Of a stretch of 64,000 bases of DNA, positions 31,092 to 42,116 are shown in pieces. Origin of the DNA: Paramoeba atlantica. Its lineage: Eukaryota; Protista; Discosea. The stretch is taken from positions 1 to 64,000 of the forward strand of contig CDRNVI010000090.1 in NCBI GenBank assembly GCA_977017575.1, written 5' to 3'. How positions within the stretch are numbered: the stretch's first letter is position 1; each line of letters starts with the position of its first letter. The position numbers were made by a program, and so were the translations under genes. The notes under the pieces are model-generated. The model made no database searches and had not been told where the DNA came from. It was given only the letters and a program-made list of their open reading frames with translations.

Positions 31092-32120
31092 TTAAAACAA
31101 GGTAAAACTAATATTTTGTATGCCCCCTTTTGCAACAATCACCGCTCTCATACAGCAAGGCATGCTGCTCACTGTAGACTCGCACATGGCACAGGGAAGT
31201 ACATCCCACACAACTTTGGCCCGGCCCCAAAGCTGAATTATTCCCTCGGGGTCCTTTTTATAAGCAGGGAGACGCCATTTTAAGTGGCCCCAGATGTTCT
31301 CAATAGGATTGAGATCTGTGGATTGCGGGGACCACTTCAAAACCACATAGCTATGGCTCGACAACCACTCACAGACAAGCTTGCTAGTGTGTTTGGAGTC
31401 ATTGTCTTGTTGAAACAAGATCTCGCCCGGGTCTAGCCCCACTTGCTCAATGGAGGAGACAATATTTTCGTGCAGAATTTCAATGTACTGATGGGCGTTT
31501 AAATTGCCCTCACTTAGATGTATCTTGCCTACCCCTGCGTGCGCAATGCACGCCCATACCATCAAGCTCCCGCCACAATACTTCACCGTCCCTTCCGTGT
31601 TCCGGGAATCGGGCTTCTCATTCACCAGACGCCACACCCAGCGTCTCCCATCCGAACTGAAACGATGTACTTTGGTTTCATCCGTCCAAAGTACCCGCTT
31701 GCAGTCTTGGACGGTCCAATGCTGGTGTGAAATAAAAAATTCCAAACGTTCACGCGTATACTTGTATGAGGCCGTGAGTCGTGGCTTTCTTTGTCTGTGC
31801 TTCCCGTGGAAACCCTCTTCCCGGAGGTGAAATCGCACGGCGGGGGTGCTCAATTCGGTAACTTGATGGATTTTCAGGTGTTTAGCCACACCTACAGCTG
31901 TATCTTCCCGACCGCTTTGGATGGCGGCGCATTTCGCGGGCGCACGTCTCGGTGACCTTACGTGGCCTCCCCCGCTCGATGTGTTACATCTGGACGATGC
32001 CGCTCCCGAACCCGACTTACAGTGGACCGGCTAGCGTCCAGTTTGGAGGCGATTGAGCGGGTAGAAAAAGACTTATCGACCAAGTCAATAATTCTCCGGT
32101 GTTTCTCCGGGGAAATAAAA
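31092..32120 (-). pseudogene. Tc1-family DD34E transposase, frameshifted
   Basis: HTH (RIIDLV...SIASKLDASRSTVSR, GRPRKVT) in upstream frames; then WTDETK, MVWACI, FQQDNDSKH, WSPQSTDLNPIE with 34 residues between D and E. Confidence 0.9.
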
Positions 32121-32595
32121 TCAGGAAACGCAGTCTCATATGGTTATCTCATATGGTTATCATTTGAAGTGACGTGGAAAGATTGGGCATATGAATTCTG
32201 ACGTTGAAACAGATTGAAAAGTCGTACCAGGACATGTGAGCATAGCAATAAGAGATTCGTAAAAATGAAAGGGTGCCTTATCAGGGATCGTTGTAGGAAT
32301 CTTCCTTATGAACTTTGAGGACATTCGCAACGAAGAATGTTCATGGTTGAATGAAATGCCGAACTCGTAACGAGTACCTCGTATTGAGGCATCGTCCTTG
32401 AAAGTGGCGCCCAGGTAGCTCGTTCTCGTTTGGACCGTATCTTCGTACAGGGCGCACTTGGCTTCGGAATCACAAAACCATATACATAAACTTGTAATTA
32501 GCATTTGGGAACATGCGGTCGGCGATGCCTCGTCCAGGCATTGGAGTTTAGACAAACTGTAAACTATACCTAATCAGTAAACACAGTCTCGTATA

Positions 32596-33411
32596 CAGGG
32601 GGGGTCACCAATTTCCGGGGGGGTCTAAAATTTGTGTCGTGTGAGCTTTTGACCTAATTCCTTCGGCATTCAACAGATCTCGAAATTCTAAGCTGTTTTG
32701 CGCTATAAAAACCCATTTTAAAAAATTTATATGAAGAATTCTGGACATGACAAAATTGAGATTTTCAAGAATTTGCAGATTTTTTTGGGCGAACTATTTT
32801 AGTATTGAACCTCCAGTGTTTTCTCTAAGAAGCCTAATTCGGGACGGAAAACTTTTCAATGTGTTTTCATACGCTGCCTTCATATCCTTTAAAAGATAAT
32901 CTAAAGCTTTGCGTATCGATACTTGTAATTCCGTACGATTAGTGGGTCGAAGATGAAACTTAATATGATGATCCATCATACTCCATAAGTTTTCAATACG
33001 ATTTAGATCTGGTGACTTGGCCGGCCAGTCGGGGATTTCAATTCCCATGTCACGTCCGACTCGGCGGGCATTGTCCCGGGCCCATGGCCGGGGGCATTGT
33101 CCATAATTACAGTAACCGACGGTTTTAATAGTTTGTTTTAATAGTTTGTTACACTTGTATACTGAATCTCTCTTTATATCAACAATTATATAGCAAAAAT
33201 TATGAATTTTCGTAATATTTCGAATAATTTGCACAATTTTGACCCTACTTTTTCCTTAAAAAAATCTCATATAGTCATTTGGTTTTTATGAGACTTTTCA
33301 TAGCGCAAAACAGCTTAGAATTTCGAGATCTGTTGAATGCCGAAGGAATTAGGTCAAAAGCTCACACGACACAAATTTTAGACCCCCCCCGGAAATTGGT
33401 GACCCCCCCTG
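32596..33411 (-). mobile_element. Internally deleted Tc1 element
   Basis: About 115-bp near-perfect TIRs (CAGGGGGGGTCACCAATTTCC...), TA both sides. Internal fragment WPAKSPDLNRIENLW (32794-33234). Confidence 0.92.
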
Positions 33412-33695
33412 TATATTCGAGGCCAGGGGTCCGAATAACTATAAAACTTTATTATAGGTACTTTAAAGTAACTATATTTATTTTTCCCTACCTTTATCTA
33501 CCTTTATTTTTTTGTCAATGATTTGCACTGTAATCGTACTATTTTTTCGAAATTTTTCAATGCCTAGACGCTCGGATAGTAACCCAGAAAGTCGCGCTGA
33601 ATTGTTGAGTCTCATTATAAGGAGGTGGAGGCCGGGAAGCGGACATACATGAATGCCAACTCTGCAGTGCACTGGAAAAGCGGAAAATTGATCTT

Positions 33696-34013
33696 GTGAC
33701 CCGACATACGTTTTCCCTTCTGTCACACGTTGCTCGAAAATGGTCGGTTGCAGTTACTTCTGAAGCAGCCTGCGAGCGCATATTTAGCTCAGTAGGCTTT
33801 GTGCACTCTGATCTTCGCTCAAGACTGAAGCTTGAACCTGTTGAGGCTGAAACTGCCATTCGATGTCGTGTAAAGCAAACTGTAGGCGTCACAAATTGTG
33901 ATGTTGACACATATTGTAACCTGAGATGTTGCGCTTCAATAGATTTCGTCATTCATCCATACAACAAGAGGTATACGTGTATACCTGTTTTTAACCTTAT
34001 CGTCAGCAAATAA
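33696..34013 (+). pseudogene. hAT transposase C-terminal dimerisation-domain fragment
   Basis: LSHVARKWSVAVTSEAACERIFSSVG...RSRLK...VEA. Confidence 0.85.
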
Positions 34014-34449
34014 ACGTATATCGTTGCTTTCGGTGAAATGCTGTTGTTTTAGATGACCAGTCAATAATCATAATTTTTTTACTCTTCGTTTTGATAACAT
34101 TGACTTTCTTCTTACACGTTCTTTATACTTTTGATGCGCATGGCTTGTCAACGATGATTAGAGCAGGCCTGGAACGCCTGAAGTGTTTTCCACATCTGAT
34201 GCTGATGAAACTTGCTCTTCATGTTCTGCCTGAAAACTATAACTCTGCAAGATTTGTTTCTATATGTATTTTAGGTAATCAGAAGAACCACTCCCTCCAA
34301 CAAGGCCTACTCTCCCCGATCCGAGCACCCAGATTGCACAGATTTCCTACCCAAATTTCACAAAAAGTCGACCTCCAAAAATATAGGTACATAAAGCTTT
34401 AAAGGTAGTATAGGTACTTTATAGTAACTATATTTATTTTTTCTACCTA

Positions 34450-34624
34450 CTGTCCCCCCCCGTTTAAGCGCACCTCGTTTTCCGCGAAAAGTACGCTTAA
34501 ACGGGGGAGGTCTGAATCACTAAAAACAAAATTGGCGCCGATTCGCGGCGCCGGACTCTTTCCTTCAACTCTATGTGCGCTTATACGGGGGGGTCTGACC
34601 GGTGCGCTTAAAGGGGGGGGACAG
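34450..34624. mobile_element. 175-bp MITE nested in hAT
   Basis: TA|CTGTCCCCCCCCGTTTAAGCGCACC ... GGTGCGCTTAAAGGGGGGGGACAG|TA. Confidence 0.88.
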
Positions 34625-34630
34625 TATATA

Positions 34631-35377
34631 CAGTGGTTTCAGTTGATCTTGCCCCCCCCCTCGGAATTTTGATTTTTTTTATCCATTTTTGCTCATCTTT
34701 GCAGCATTGGAGAGATCTCGTTCCCCTAGCGAAGAGCTTTGCCGCCTTTTTTTCATAGAGACCCCCTGGTGCCCCCTGGGTGACCCGAAAGTTGACCAAA
34801 ATAAAACAAATGACATTTTTTTACCTATGAAAAATAGAGCAAAAAACGGATTTTATGTCCAAAAGTTACCTCTGAAGGCAAAGAACTAGTATCCGGAATG
34901 GCTTCCATTGTTTTGCAACACGCTTCGAAGTCTATTTGGGATCGAATTCAATTGTGTCGCACACATTGTGGGGTTGTCTTCTCTTTTGTCATTACTTTGT
35001 TCGACGTACTCCCCCTGTTTGGGGTATGAGGGTCTGATCTTCATAATGTAGAGGTGTTGACTAAATTGAACTATGCAATAGAGAGGGTACTAGACATAGA
35101 GCGTTCAAATTATCAATTTAGAACGCTATCACTCGTACTTACAAGTGCAAAATACACAGAAAATCGGGAAAATGTGGCAAAAAATGGTTGTGTACACAGA
35201 AAAACTCCGTAAAAACAGTACTTTTTGAACCCAGGGGGCACCAGGGGGTCTCTATGAAAAAAAGGCGGCAAAGCTCTTCGCTAGGGGAATGAGATCTCTC
35301 CAATGCTGCAAAGATGAGCAAAAACGGATCAAAAAAATCAAAATTCCGAGGGGGGGCAAGATCAACTGAAACCACTG
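34631..35377. mobile_element. 747-bp long-TIR Tc1/mariner-type MITE nested in hAT
   Basis: TA|CAGTGGTTTCAGTTGATCTTGCCCC ... GGGGCAAGATCAACTGAAACCACTG|TA; TIRs about 150 bp. Confidence 0.92.
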
Positions 35378-35904
35378 TATAAACTATATAAAGTTATTCG
35401 GACCCCTGTTCGAGGCCATGAGAACTTTGACCTCTAATCATTATAAACTTTGGACGATGTGTCCACTACGAATTATTTTAGACTTGCCTCAGTTGACTAA
35501 GAGGGTTGAAACCTACGAAAGCCAAAACCTGGCAAAACCCGCGAAGTCCACTCTGACGCAGTGAAGAAAAGTACTTAGTCAGAAATAGTGAAGAATACTT
35601 GACCTCCGTCGTGCCCTTACTGAAATTATTCTGATATTCTTTTTTCTCAGTAAAAATCACCCTATCTAATAATTAGCGGACACCCGCCTTCCTCCACTCT
35701 TTTACCGCTGAGGATAGTATCACGGATTCTGATAACATTATAATAACGAACGAATAAATTTTTGGTCAAAGTGAAGCATTATTGCGCCTTTTTTGAAAAA
35801 AATAAATGCAGATATCTTTTTACGTTTATGGGCCGCTACTACTTATTTCTTTTGATTTCGCTTCTAAAAAGATGAGTCTTCACATTAATTAGAGATCTTC
35901 GCAC

Positions 35905-36230
35905 AGCTGTTTTAAAGGATCTCCCTCGCTGTTTCCGATCTTCAGACCATTGACGACGTCTCCGCTGAACTTTGGTCAATCTTTTCTTTCTTCATCAAAG
36001 CACCCAAGGGTCCCATTCCCACGGGATCGTACTGCCTTCTTGAGTATCTCACTCATGCGTTCAACAGTGTTGGTGTGCACCAAAGATCGTCGACGATTAA
36101 CTGTCTCATGCCGCAAGTCTTTTCCCAGCGAGCGACTCGCTCGCCAGCCATCAGTGCGCGTTACGGTTCGGCTTCCAGCAGACAACTTAATTAATTGTGT
36201 TATTGTGCGCAGTTCATAGTGATAAACCGT
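35905..36230 (-). pseudogene. Second Merlin/ISXO2 transposase remnant (C-terminal half)
   Basis: GSRTVTRTDGWRAS...HETVN...VHTNTVERMSEILK, then GDPLKQLCEDL after a stop. Confidence 0.7.
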
Positions 36231-37255
36231 GAAAAAAGTTTGTATTTTTAATAATCTGACACACTCTAAAAGAAAACATACTTGTTTCAAACCAATATTT
36301 GAAAATTGGAGAAAAATATTTTTTTGGCGCAATAATGCTTCACTTTCACCAAATTATTCGTTCTGATTAAACATTTTCTTGTCCATCTGATTGGAATACT
36401 TGCGAAACTTTCTCTTGGAAGTTTGTTCTTCATCGTGTATGAGTTTCAACTTTTCGTTTTTCCTCAGAATTTCACTTTTCGTTAGCTTTGTATATGTTAC
36501 ATCCGATTTCTTGGCATGTGCTGGGCACTTTCCTACATTACTGATCCCAGAAATGTAAAGTTCTCGCTTTATACGGTCGCGGTAATCTTTTATTGCTTCT
36601 TTGTCTCTAGCATCATCCTTAAAAAATGTACACAAACAATCTAGCCTAGATTTCCACTCGTTTACAAACTTCTACTCAGCATCTAACATAACCACCGTGT
36701 CGCGGTACAATTCTCGCTTGCAAAATTTCCACCGAAAGCATTTTGCATTCCAAAGCAGATCAGAGAGTTGGCGAATGCGCGTAGTTATCCACTGTGCGCA
36801 CATCTCAATGATGTTATCCTCCATTGAAACCACAGGTTTCAACCCTATAACGAATGAGAACGTCAGCACCCACCCGCGTTCATAATTTATGATTTCTGTC
36901 AATAACGTAAATAAATTTATATCTTACCCACCATAAACTAATTACTCTCGCAAGCTCCAAGAACACGAAGCGCTCGATGACTTTCGCATCCGAAGAAGGT
37001 TCATCAAAAATTTCAGGCAAAAGTGGAATCTTCGAGAGGGATATAAAGTTTACAAGGATGTACACTATAGGTGCTTCTACGTTATGAAGGTTCAACCCGA
37101 GTGGCGTAAAGTCGAAAAGTTATAATAGAGGTAAAATAGATTTTCAGTAATCAAGCGAAATGTACAATGTAACTGTATTTTAAATTATGTTGACAGCGCT
37201 ACTCCTTATAAAACAAAATAGAACAATACGATAAGGTTTTTACGAATTTATAGAT

Positions 37256-37501
37256 ATGCCTTCTCGATTTAGCGCGGAGTGGGAGCAAGAGTTCTCATTT
37301 CTCAAAGGACTTCAAGAGGATCGGCTACACATGAGTGCGGCAGAAGCATGTAGTCCTCGATGTGTGCACTCCTACTGGACTCACCGACTGACCTGGTGGG
37401 AAGAAGATTGTATGAGGCGGTGCCTCGAGCGTCACTTACAGGCTGGTATGATCTGCTCCGCAACATTCGCAAAATTTGAAGAGCTTTACAGGAAAAAATA
37501 G
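37256..37501 (+). CDS. Small Tim (Tim8/9/10/13-family) chaperone
   Basis: Twin CX3C motif: CSPRC-X15-CMRRC in an 81-aa protein. Confidence 0.82.
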   Translation: MPSRFSAEWEQEFSFLKGLQEDRLHMSAAEACSPRCVHSYWTHRLTWWEEDCMRRCLERHLQAGMICSATFAKFEELYRKK

Positions 37502-37771
37502 TTTTTTATGCTGGTTCCTTCTTTAAAGGAACCTCACACAAGCCTGAGCGGACGCTCTTCCTCTAAATTTAAACCTGTGACTCAGGATCATGTCGCACGC
37601 GCCTTTGAATCTGTTTTCTTTTTTCTACTTGATAGGTGAGCTTCATAGTTCAAAACAACTCTTGTTATACTCGAAAACTTTCATAAAGGAGAAAAACAAA
37701 CCATATCCGCTTTTCACATTCATTTACTTCTTCACCTTTTATATTCTTCATTTCACAAGAATCTTACCTTT

Positions 37772-39268
37772 ATGCGCTCTCTGGAAAGCGGCTCTACCCT
37801 ACCGCCGCCTTTCCTCTTCCTCTTCACCCCCCTTTGCCTCCCCTTCCTCTCCCTCCTCCTCACCACCCCCCTACTCGCTCCCGATCCCACCCCCACCCCT
37901 CCCCCCTCCCCCCTCCTCCCCGACTACACCGACGTCATGCTCTGTGACGCCACCCAAGGCAATTTTACGTTCACCCCACACGAGCCCCTCCCCTCCCCCC
38001 ATCACTACCGCATGTCCTTCACCTACCCCCTCCCGGATGGTTCCACCGATTTAATCTTTGGCATTGAGGAACATCCCCGGGGAGAGAGCGTCTCACCGAG
38101 TTCTAGTACTTCAAGTTCTTCTTCCTCTTCCTCTTCCTCTACAAACCCCAAAATCCATAACACACGCATGACCGTAATCCTCCACGCATCCTCTGGAGCT
38201 CTTGCCAACGCGAATCAGTCCTTCACGCTCTCCGCGACCCCTCTCGAGGGGTTTCTCCATCTAGCCGCCGCGGACTTAGCCCCACTCGCGGCGAAGAGCA
38301 CAAGTGGGGTACTCGCGTGTGAGATTGTGGTGGAGGCGGTGGGGGGGAGTAGCAGCAGTAGTAGTCACAGTAGCAGCAGTAGCAGTAGCCATCAAGTAAT
38401 CGCCTACGCCTTCTATTCCTACGTCGCCAACAGCCGGTTGTGTATCCCCCCGTTGGAGATGGAGGGATTGAGTCGGGTGTATTTGTTACCGGCCCCGGGT
38501 AAGGGGGTAAAAGACAGTAGCCAGGGAGGGGAGAAGGAGGGGACGTTGGGGATTCCTTTTCAAGTGCTAAGGGTTACCGGGGAGCATCTCCGTATGGCGT
38601 TGCTGGCGAAGGCGGCGAGTTCGTTTCTGCCGCCCTCCCAGCCGAATGGATACTCTGGGCTGCAGTTGTGTCTCGCGCACAGTCCGGAGGTGAGCCCGGA
38701 GATGCTACGGCGAAATTTCACGACGGCGATTTGTAGTGAGTCCTATAGTAACCCTGTCGGGCTGCTGGCCTCCCCGGCGTGCTGCCCGGTAACGAATAAA
38801 GTCAGTCCGCGGCCTTTTTATTTGTACCTGGCTGCGAAGATGCCAGAGCAAAGGGAGAATGAAACAAATATGATTCCAGTCGAGCTCACCGTAGCCCCGG
38901 CAGTGGTTCCGGATCCAAGATTGGCGGCTTCGACAGAAGAAATAGAGGAAAGCGCGGTAAATACTTTTATTGCGTCAACTTCAGGACTTTCTAGAGGAGC
39001 CATCGTGTTCTTTCTGCTCGTTAGCGCTGTGTTGGTTTATTTTATCGGGGGAGCATTGCTGCGGTACCGACAAGGCGAGCGCACGTGCCCTGGGCTGCTC
39101 CCACATCACGTGTTCTGGAGCGTGTCGCTGCCTGGAGCGCTGCGAGGGGTGGGGAGTAAGGTGAAGGAGTTCTTTGGGGGGCCACGGGAAGGGGAGCGAG
39201 GATCTGGGGCCGCGTACAGTGCCGTGGCTAGTGGTAATGAGTATGGCACAGACGGGGAAAATTCGTAA
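37772..39268 (+). CDS. Type I membrane protein with ATG27/M6P-receptor-like C-terminus
   Basis: Hydrophobic N-terminus; TM IVFFLLVSAVLVYFIGGALL followed by LPHHVFW..LP and a YSAV sorting-like motif. Confidence 0.65.
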   Translation: MRSLESGSTLPPPFLFLFTPLCLPFLSLLLTTPLLAPDPTPTPPPSPLLPDYTDVMLCDATQGNFTFTPHEPLPSPHHYRMSFTYPLPDGSTDLIFGIEEHPRGESVSPSSSTSSSSSSSSSSTNPKIHNTRMTVILHASSGALANANQSFTLSATPLEGFLHLAAADLAPLAAKSTSGVLACEIVVEAVGGSSSSSSHSSSSSSSHQVIAYAFYSYVANSRLCIPPLEMEGLSRVYLLPAPGKGVKDSSQGGEKEGTLGIPFQVLRVTGEHLRMALLAKAASSFLPPSQPNGYSGLQLCLAHSPEVSPEMLRRNFTTAICSESYSNPVGLLASPACCPVTNKVSPRPFYLYLAAKMPEQRENETNMIPVELTVAPAVVPDPRLAASTEEIEESAVNTFIASTSGLSRGAIVFFLLVSAVLVYFIGGALLRYRQGERTCPGLLPHHVFWSVSLPGALRGVGSKVKEFFGGPREGERGSGAAYSAVASGNEYGTDGENS

Positions 39269-39544
39269 GAAGAGGTGGAGGGGTGTAGACCTGGGTATCA
39301 ATAGGTCGCGGTGGTCAAGAACCATGGTACCCAATAATAAATTGTGTTTGTAGCAGTGATTAGGATGTGTGATGACGTTAGTTAAAAAAAGGGACAAATA
39401 TCGACATTATTTTCCTGGGCGGTGAATATACGATATAGATTTTGTCAAATTGTAGATGCGTGAATACTTGCGTTTATCACACCTATTTGTTTTCTTTTCA
39501 AAAAGTCTTAAAGTTGCTAGTGTCTTACTATTTTTTGCCCACCC

Positions 39545-40201
39545 ATGAACTTATTTCGGTTGATCGGTGATATGCTTCACCTTCTCGCGGTGCTCATTCT
39601 TCTCACAAAAATGTTACGCCACCGAACCTCCGCGGGGATCTCCTTAAAAACACAAGTTCTCTATGCGATGGTATTCACGACGCGCTACGTTGACCTGTTC
39701 TCCCGGTACGTCAGTGCTTACAACTCGTTGATGAAAATGATATTTCTGTTTACCTCCTATCACATTTGTTACCTGATGCGTTGCCGAAACCCATGGAAGG
39801 CTTCATACGACAGAGTCAACGACAGCTTCCGTGTTCAGTACCTTATCGGCTTCTGTGCGATTCTCGCACTCACGTTTCATCGCCATACTCTACATGAAGG
39901 CCGAGAAGTTCTCTGGACGTTCAGCGAGTATTTAGAGTCGGTCGCTATCCTACCACAAATATTTCTTCTGGAGAACACAGAGCGCTATGAGGCGCTAACT
40001 TCGCACTATATATTTTGTCTTGGAGCGTATCGCTTTTTTTACGTCCTGAACTGGATTTACCGCTATCTAGTGGAGGGCTACGTGTCCTACGTGAGCTGGG
40101 TTGCGGGTACCATACAAACATTACTGTACTGTGATTTCTTTTACCATTATCTCACACAAGTGGTGAATGGGGCAAAATCGAAGTACGATTTGTCCGCGTA
40201 A
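39545..40201 (+). CDS. ERD2: ER lumen protein-retaining (KDEL) receptor
   Basis: MNLFRLIGDMLHL, GISLKTQ.LY..VF.TRY.DL, WTFSEYLESVAILPQ, LGAYR..Y..NWIYRY. Confidence 0.97.
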   Translation: MNLFRLIGDMLHLLAVLILLTKMLRHRTSAGISLKTQVLYAMVFTTRYVDLFSRYVSAYNSLMKMIFLFTSYHICYLMRCRNPWKASYDRVNDSFRVQYLIGFCAILALTFHRHTLHEGREVLWTFSEYLESVAILPQIFLLENTERYEALTSHYIFCLGAYRFFYVLNWIYRYLVEGYVSYVSWVAGTIQTLLYCDFFYHYLTQVVNGAKSKYDLSA

Positions 40202-40487
40202 ATAGTATTTAGTACGTAGACCAGCGAATTGTGAAAGACGGTGTCAACGAGGGCTGACGACTTTCTGATTCTTTATTCCTACTTTTTACGAGACGTACGA
40301 GGCTTCTAGTGTAAAGCTGGTAACATGCAGTACAAGTGATTGTGGGACTTCTAATAGTCTTGTAGCGAAAAAATCTTACTTTCTAACATGCCAGATAATT
40401 TAACAATCGCTGAATAGGCACTCTTCATAGTTTTTTCTTCATAGTTTTGAAGCGCGGCCATTAAAAGGTATTCTATTTTTTTGTGTT

Positions 40488-41891
40488 ATGAACCCATGGC
40501 GTACACCCCCTAGTACTCCCCAGCTGACTCCCCGTAATCGTCTCGAGCCTCCGCCCACTCCCACAAAGACACCTGAGATCACCGGTGCGCTCAGTGACTT
40601 CCCGAACCGCCGAAGAAGACGACACACGATGGTTGGAATCGGATTTCGGGAAAGCTCAGAAACGTACGTCCGATCCTCCGCAACTTTTTCTCTTACCCCA
40701 CAGCAACGTGGTCTGGGCCCGGAAATAGCGAGAGGAAACGGTACGCGAAATAATAAGGGACATCAATGCCCCGTGACAGCTCCCACTCTTTTCGCACACA
40801 GTGATGTTAAAGAGAAAGATCTCATAAGTAGCTATACGAGAGGTAAAGGTAGAGGACGTAGTTTACCGGCGGATTTGTTATCTCCGACAGAGACCGACAA
40901 CTCTGACGACGTATTTAATGTACATTTTGCGACAAAAGCCGATGATTCATTAGAGAAGGGTGATTGGGAAGTGGCCGAAAAATTCGGAGGGCTTACAACC
41001 AAATCGTATTCTCGGACGAAGCAAACGAATACAAGCTCAAGTGTTCTTGAATCTCTGAGTGTACGTGGGGTTTTATATACCACTGGGCAGCCCTATCAAG
41101 TCACGTTCAGCCCTTCGAATAACTCGGAAGCACGTAGCATTTGTTTAAACAAAAATAGTCATAGTAGTAGCAACCTTGTAAAAGGGACGCTTGATAGCCA
41201 ATATTACGTAATCAAACTTATTGCGGCTAAATCTCTCACCGAAATGCAACACCGCATTCGCCTAGAAATGCGATGCCTTCATCTTGCGGAACAGTGTCGT
41301 TATCTTTCTGTCTTGCATTCTACTTGGTGGGAGGAATCTCTCTCCTTAGGCTTCTTGCTTTTAGAACACTTTCCAGAGGGAAACCTTGAATACTATCTAA
41401 CGAAAATGGGAAAAAACGAGGGAATAGTGCGTCGATCTGTAGTACATGTATTGCGTGCCTTCGCAACACTACACTCTTCGCGACTCTTTCATGGAAATCC
41501 CATAATTCAAAATGTTTATGTAAGTTCGAGATTAAACGTGAATTCCTCTTCGGATATCGTCATGAAACTTTCGAATTTTGAGAGCTCTCAAGAGTATCCT
41601 CAGAGAAGTAATAGTCCGTCTTCTACGAAGCATAGCGATATACAGATTTTTGCAACCTCCCTAATTAAATTTCTTACCAGTGATGTAATTAAAACGTTTG
41701 GCGGCACCCTTCAGTGTGTCTTGGGTAAAATGATAAGTTCAGGTAAGGGCGAGGTCTACTCTGCTACACAGCTTTTGGAGTACCTAGGAATATGTCCTTC
41801 ACTTGAATGCGACGATATGGAAAATGCATTACTGTTACACCGTGATATGAAAGCGCTCGAGACCTCTTTGATTGATGAAAAAAAACTTTGA
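40488..41891 (+). CDS. Probable pseudokinase with disordered N-terminus
   Basis: YVIK...EMRCL...LLLEH...GNLEYYL; catalytic loop reads FHGNPIIQNV and activation start reads LSNFE. Confidence 0.65.
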   Translation: MNPWRTPPSTPQLTPRNRLEPPPTPTKTPEITGALSDFPNRRRRRHTMVGIGFRESSETYVRSSATFSLTPQQRGLGPEIARGNGTRNNKGHQCPVTAPTLFAHSDVKEKDLISSYTRGKGRGRSLPADLLSPTETDNSDDVFNVHFATKADDSLEKGDWEVAEKFGGLTTKSYSRTKQTNTSSSVLESLSVRGVLYTTGQPYQVTFSPSNNSEARSICLNKNSHSSSNLVKGTLDSQYYVIKLIAAKSLTEMQHRIRLEMRCLHLAEQCRYLSVLHSTWWEESLSLGFLLLEHFPEGNLEYYLTKMGKNEGIVRRSVVHVLRAFATLHSSRLFHGNPIIQNVYVSSRLNVNSSSDIVMKLSNFESSQEYPQRSNSPSSTKHSDIQIFATSLIKFLTSDVIKTFGGTLQCVLGKMISSGKGEVYSATQLLEYLGICPSLECDDMENALLLHRDMKALETSLIDEKKL

Positions 41892-42116
41892 ATCTAGGGC
41901 ACATACCTTAAGACAATAAGGTTGATAACCTCTAGCTAGCTAGATACATGTAGCTTGTATGTATGTCCAGACTTGTACATGTAGCTTGTATGTCCACGTA
42001 TTTCTATTCCTATATAAACTGTATTTCTGTATAAACCGTTGTGATTCTACTATTTCTTTGTTTGCTTCTTTCTATGAAGCATTAAAATTATTGTCAGATC
42101 TTTGATGTGATCTTTG

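Larger units (their letters stand above)
33424..35408 (+). mobile_element. hAT-superfamily element, internally deleted, with two nested MITEs
   Basis: TIRs CAGGGGTCCGAATAACT / AGTTATTCGGACCCCTG; perfect 8-bp TSD TTCGAGGC (33416-33423, 35409-35416). Confidence 0.92.

Noticed and set aside
30900-32600. TIRs for the 31092-32120 Tc1 transposase
   Set aside because: Candidate TA|CAGTG near 30925 has no matching inverted partner upstream of the ORF, so boundaries are left undefined.
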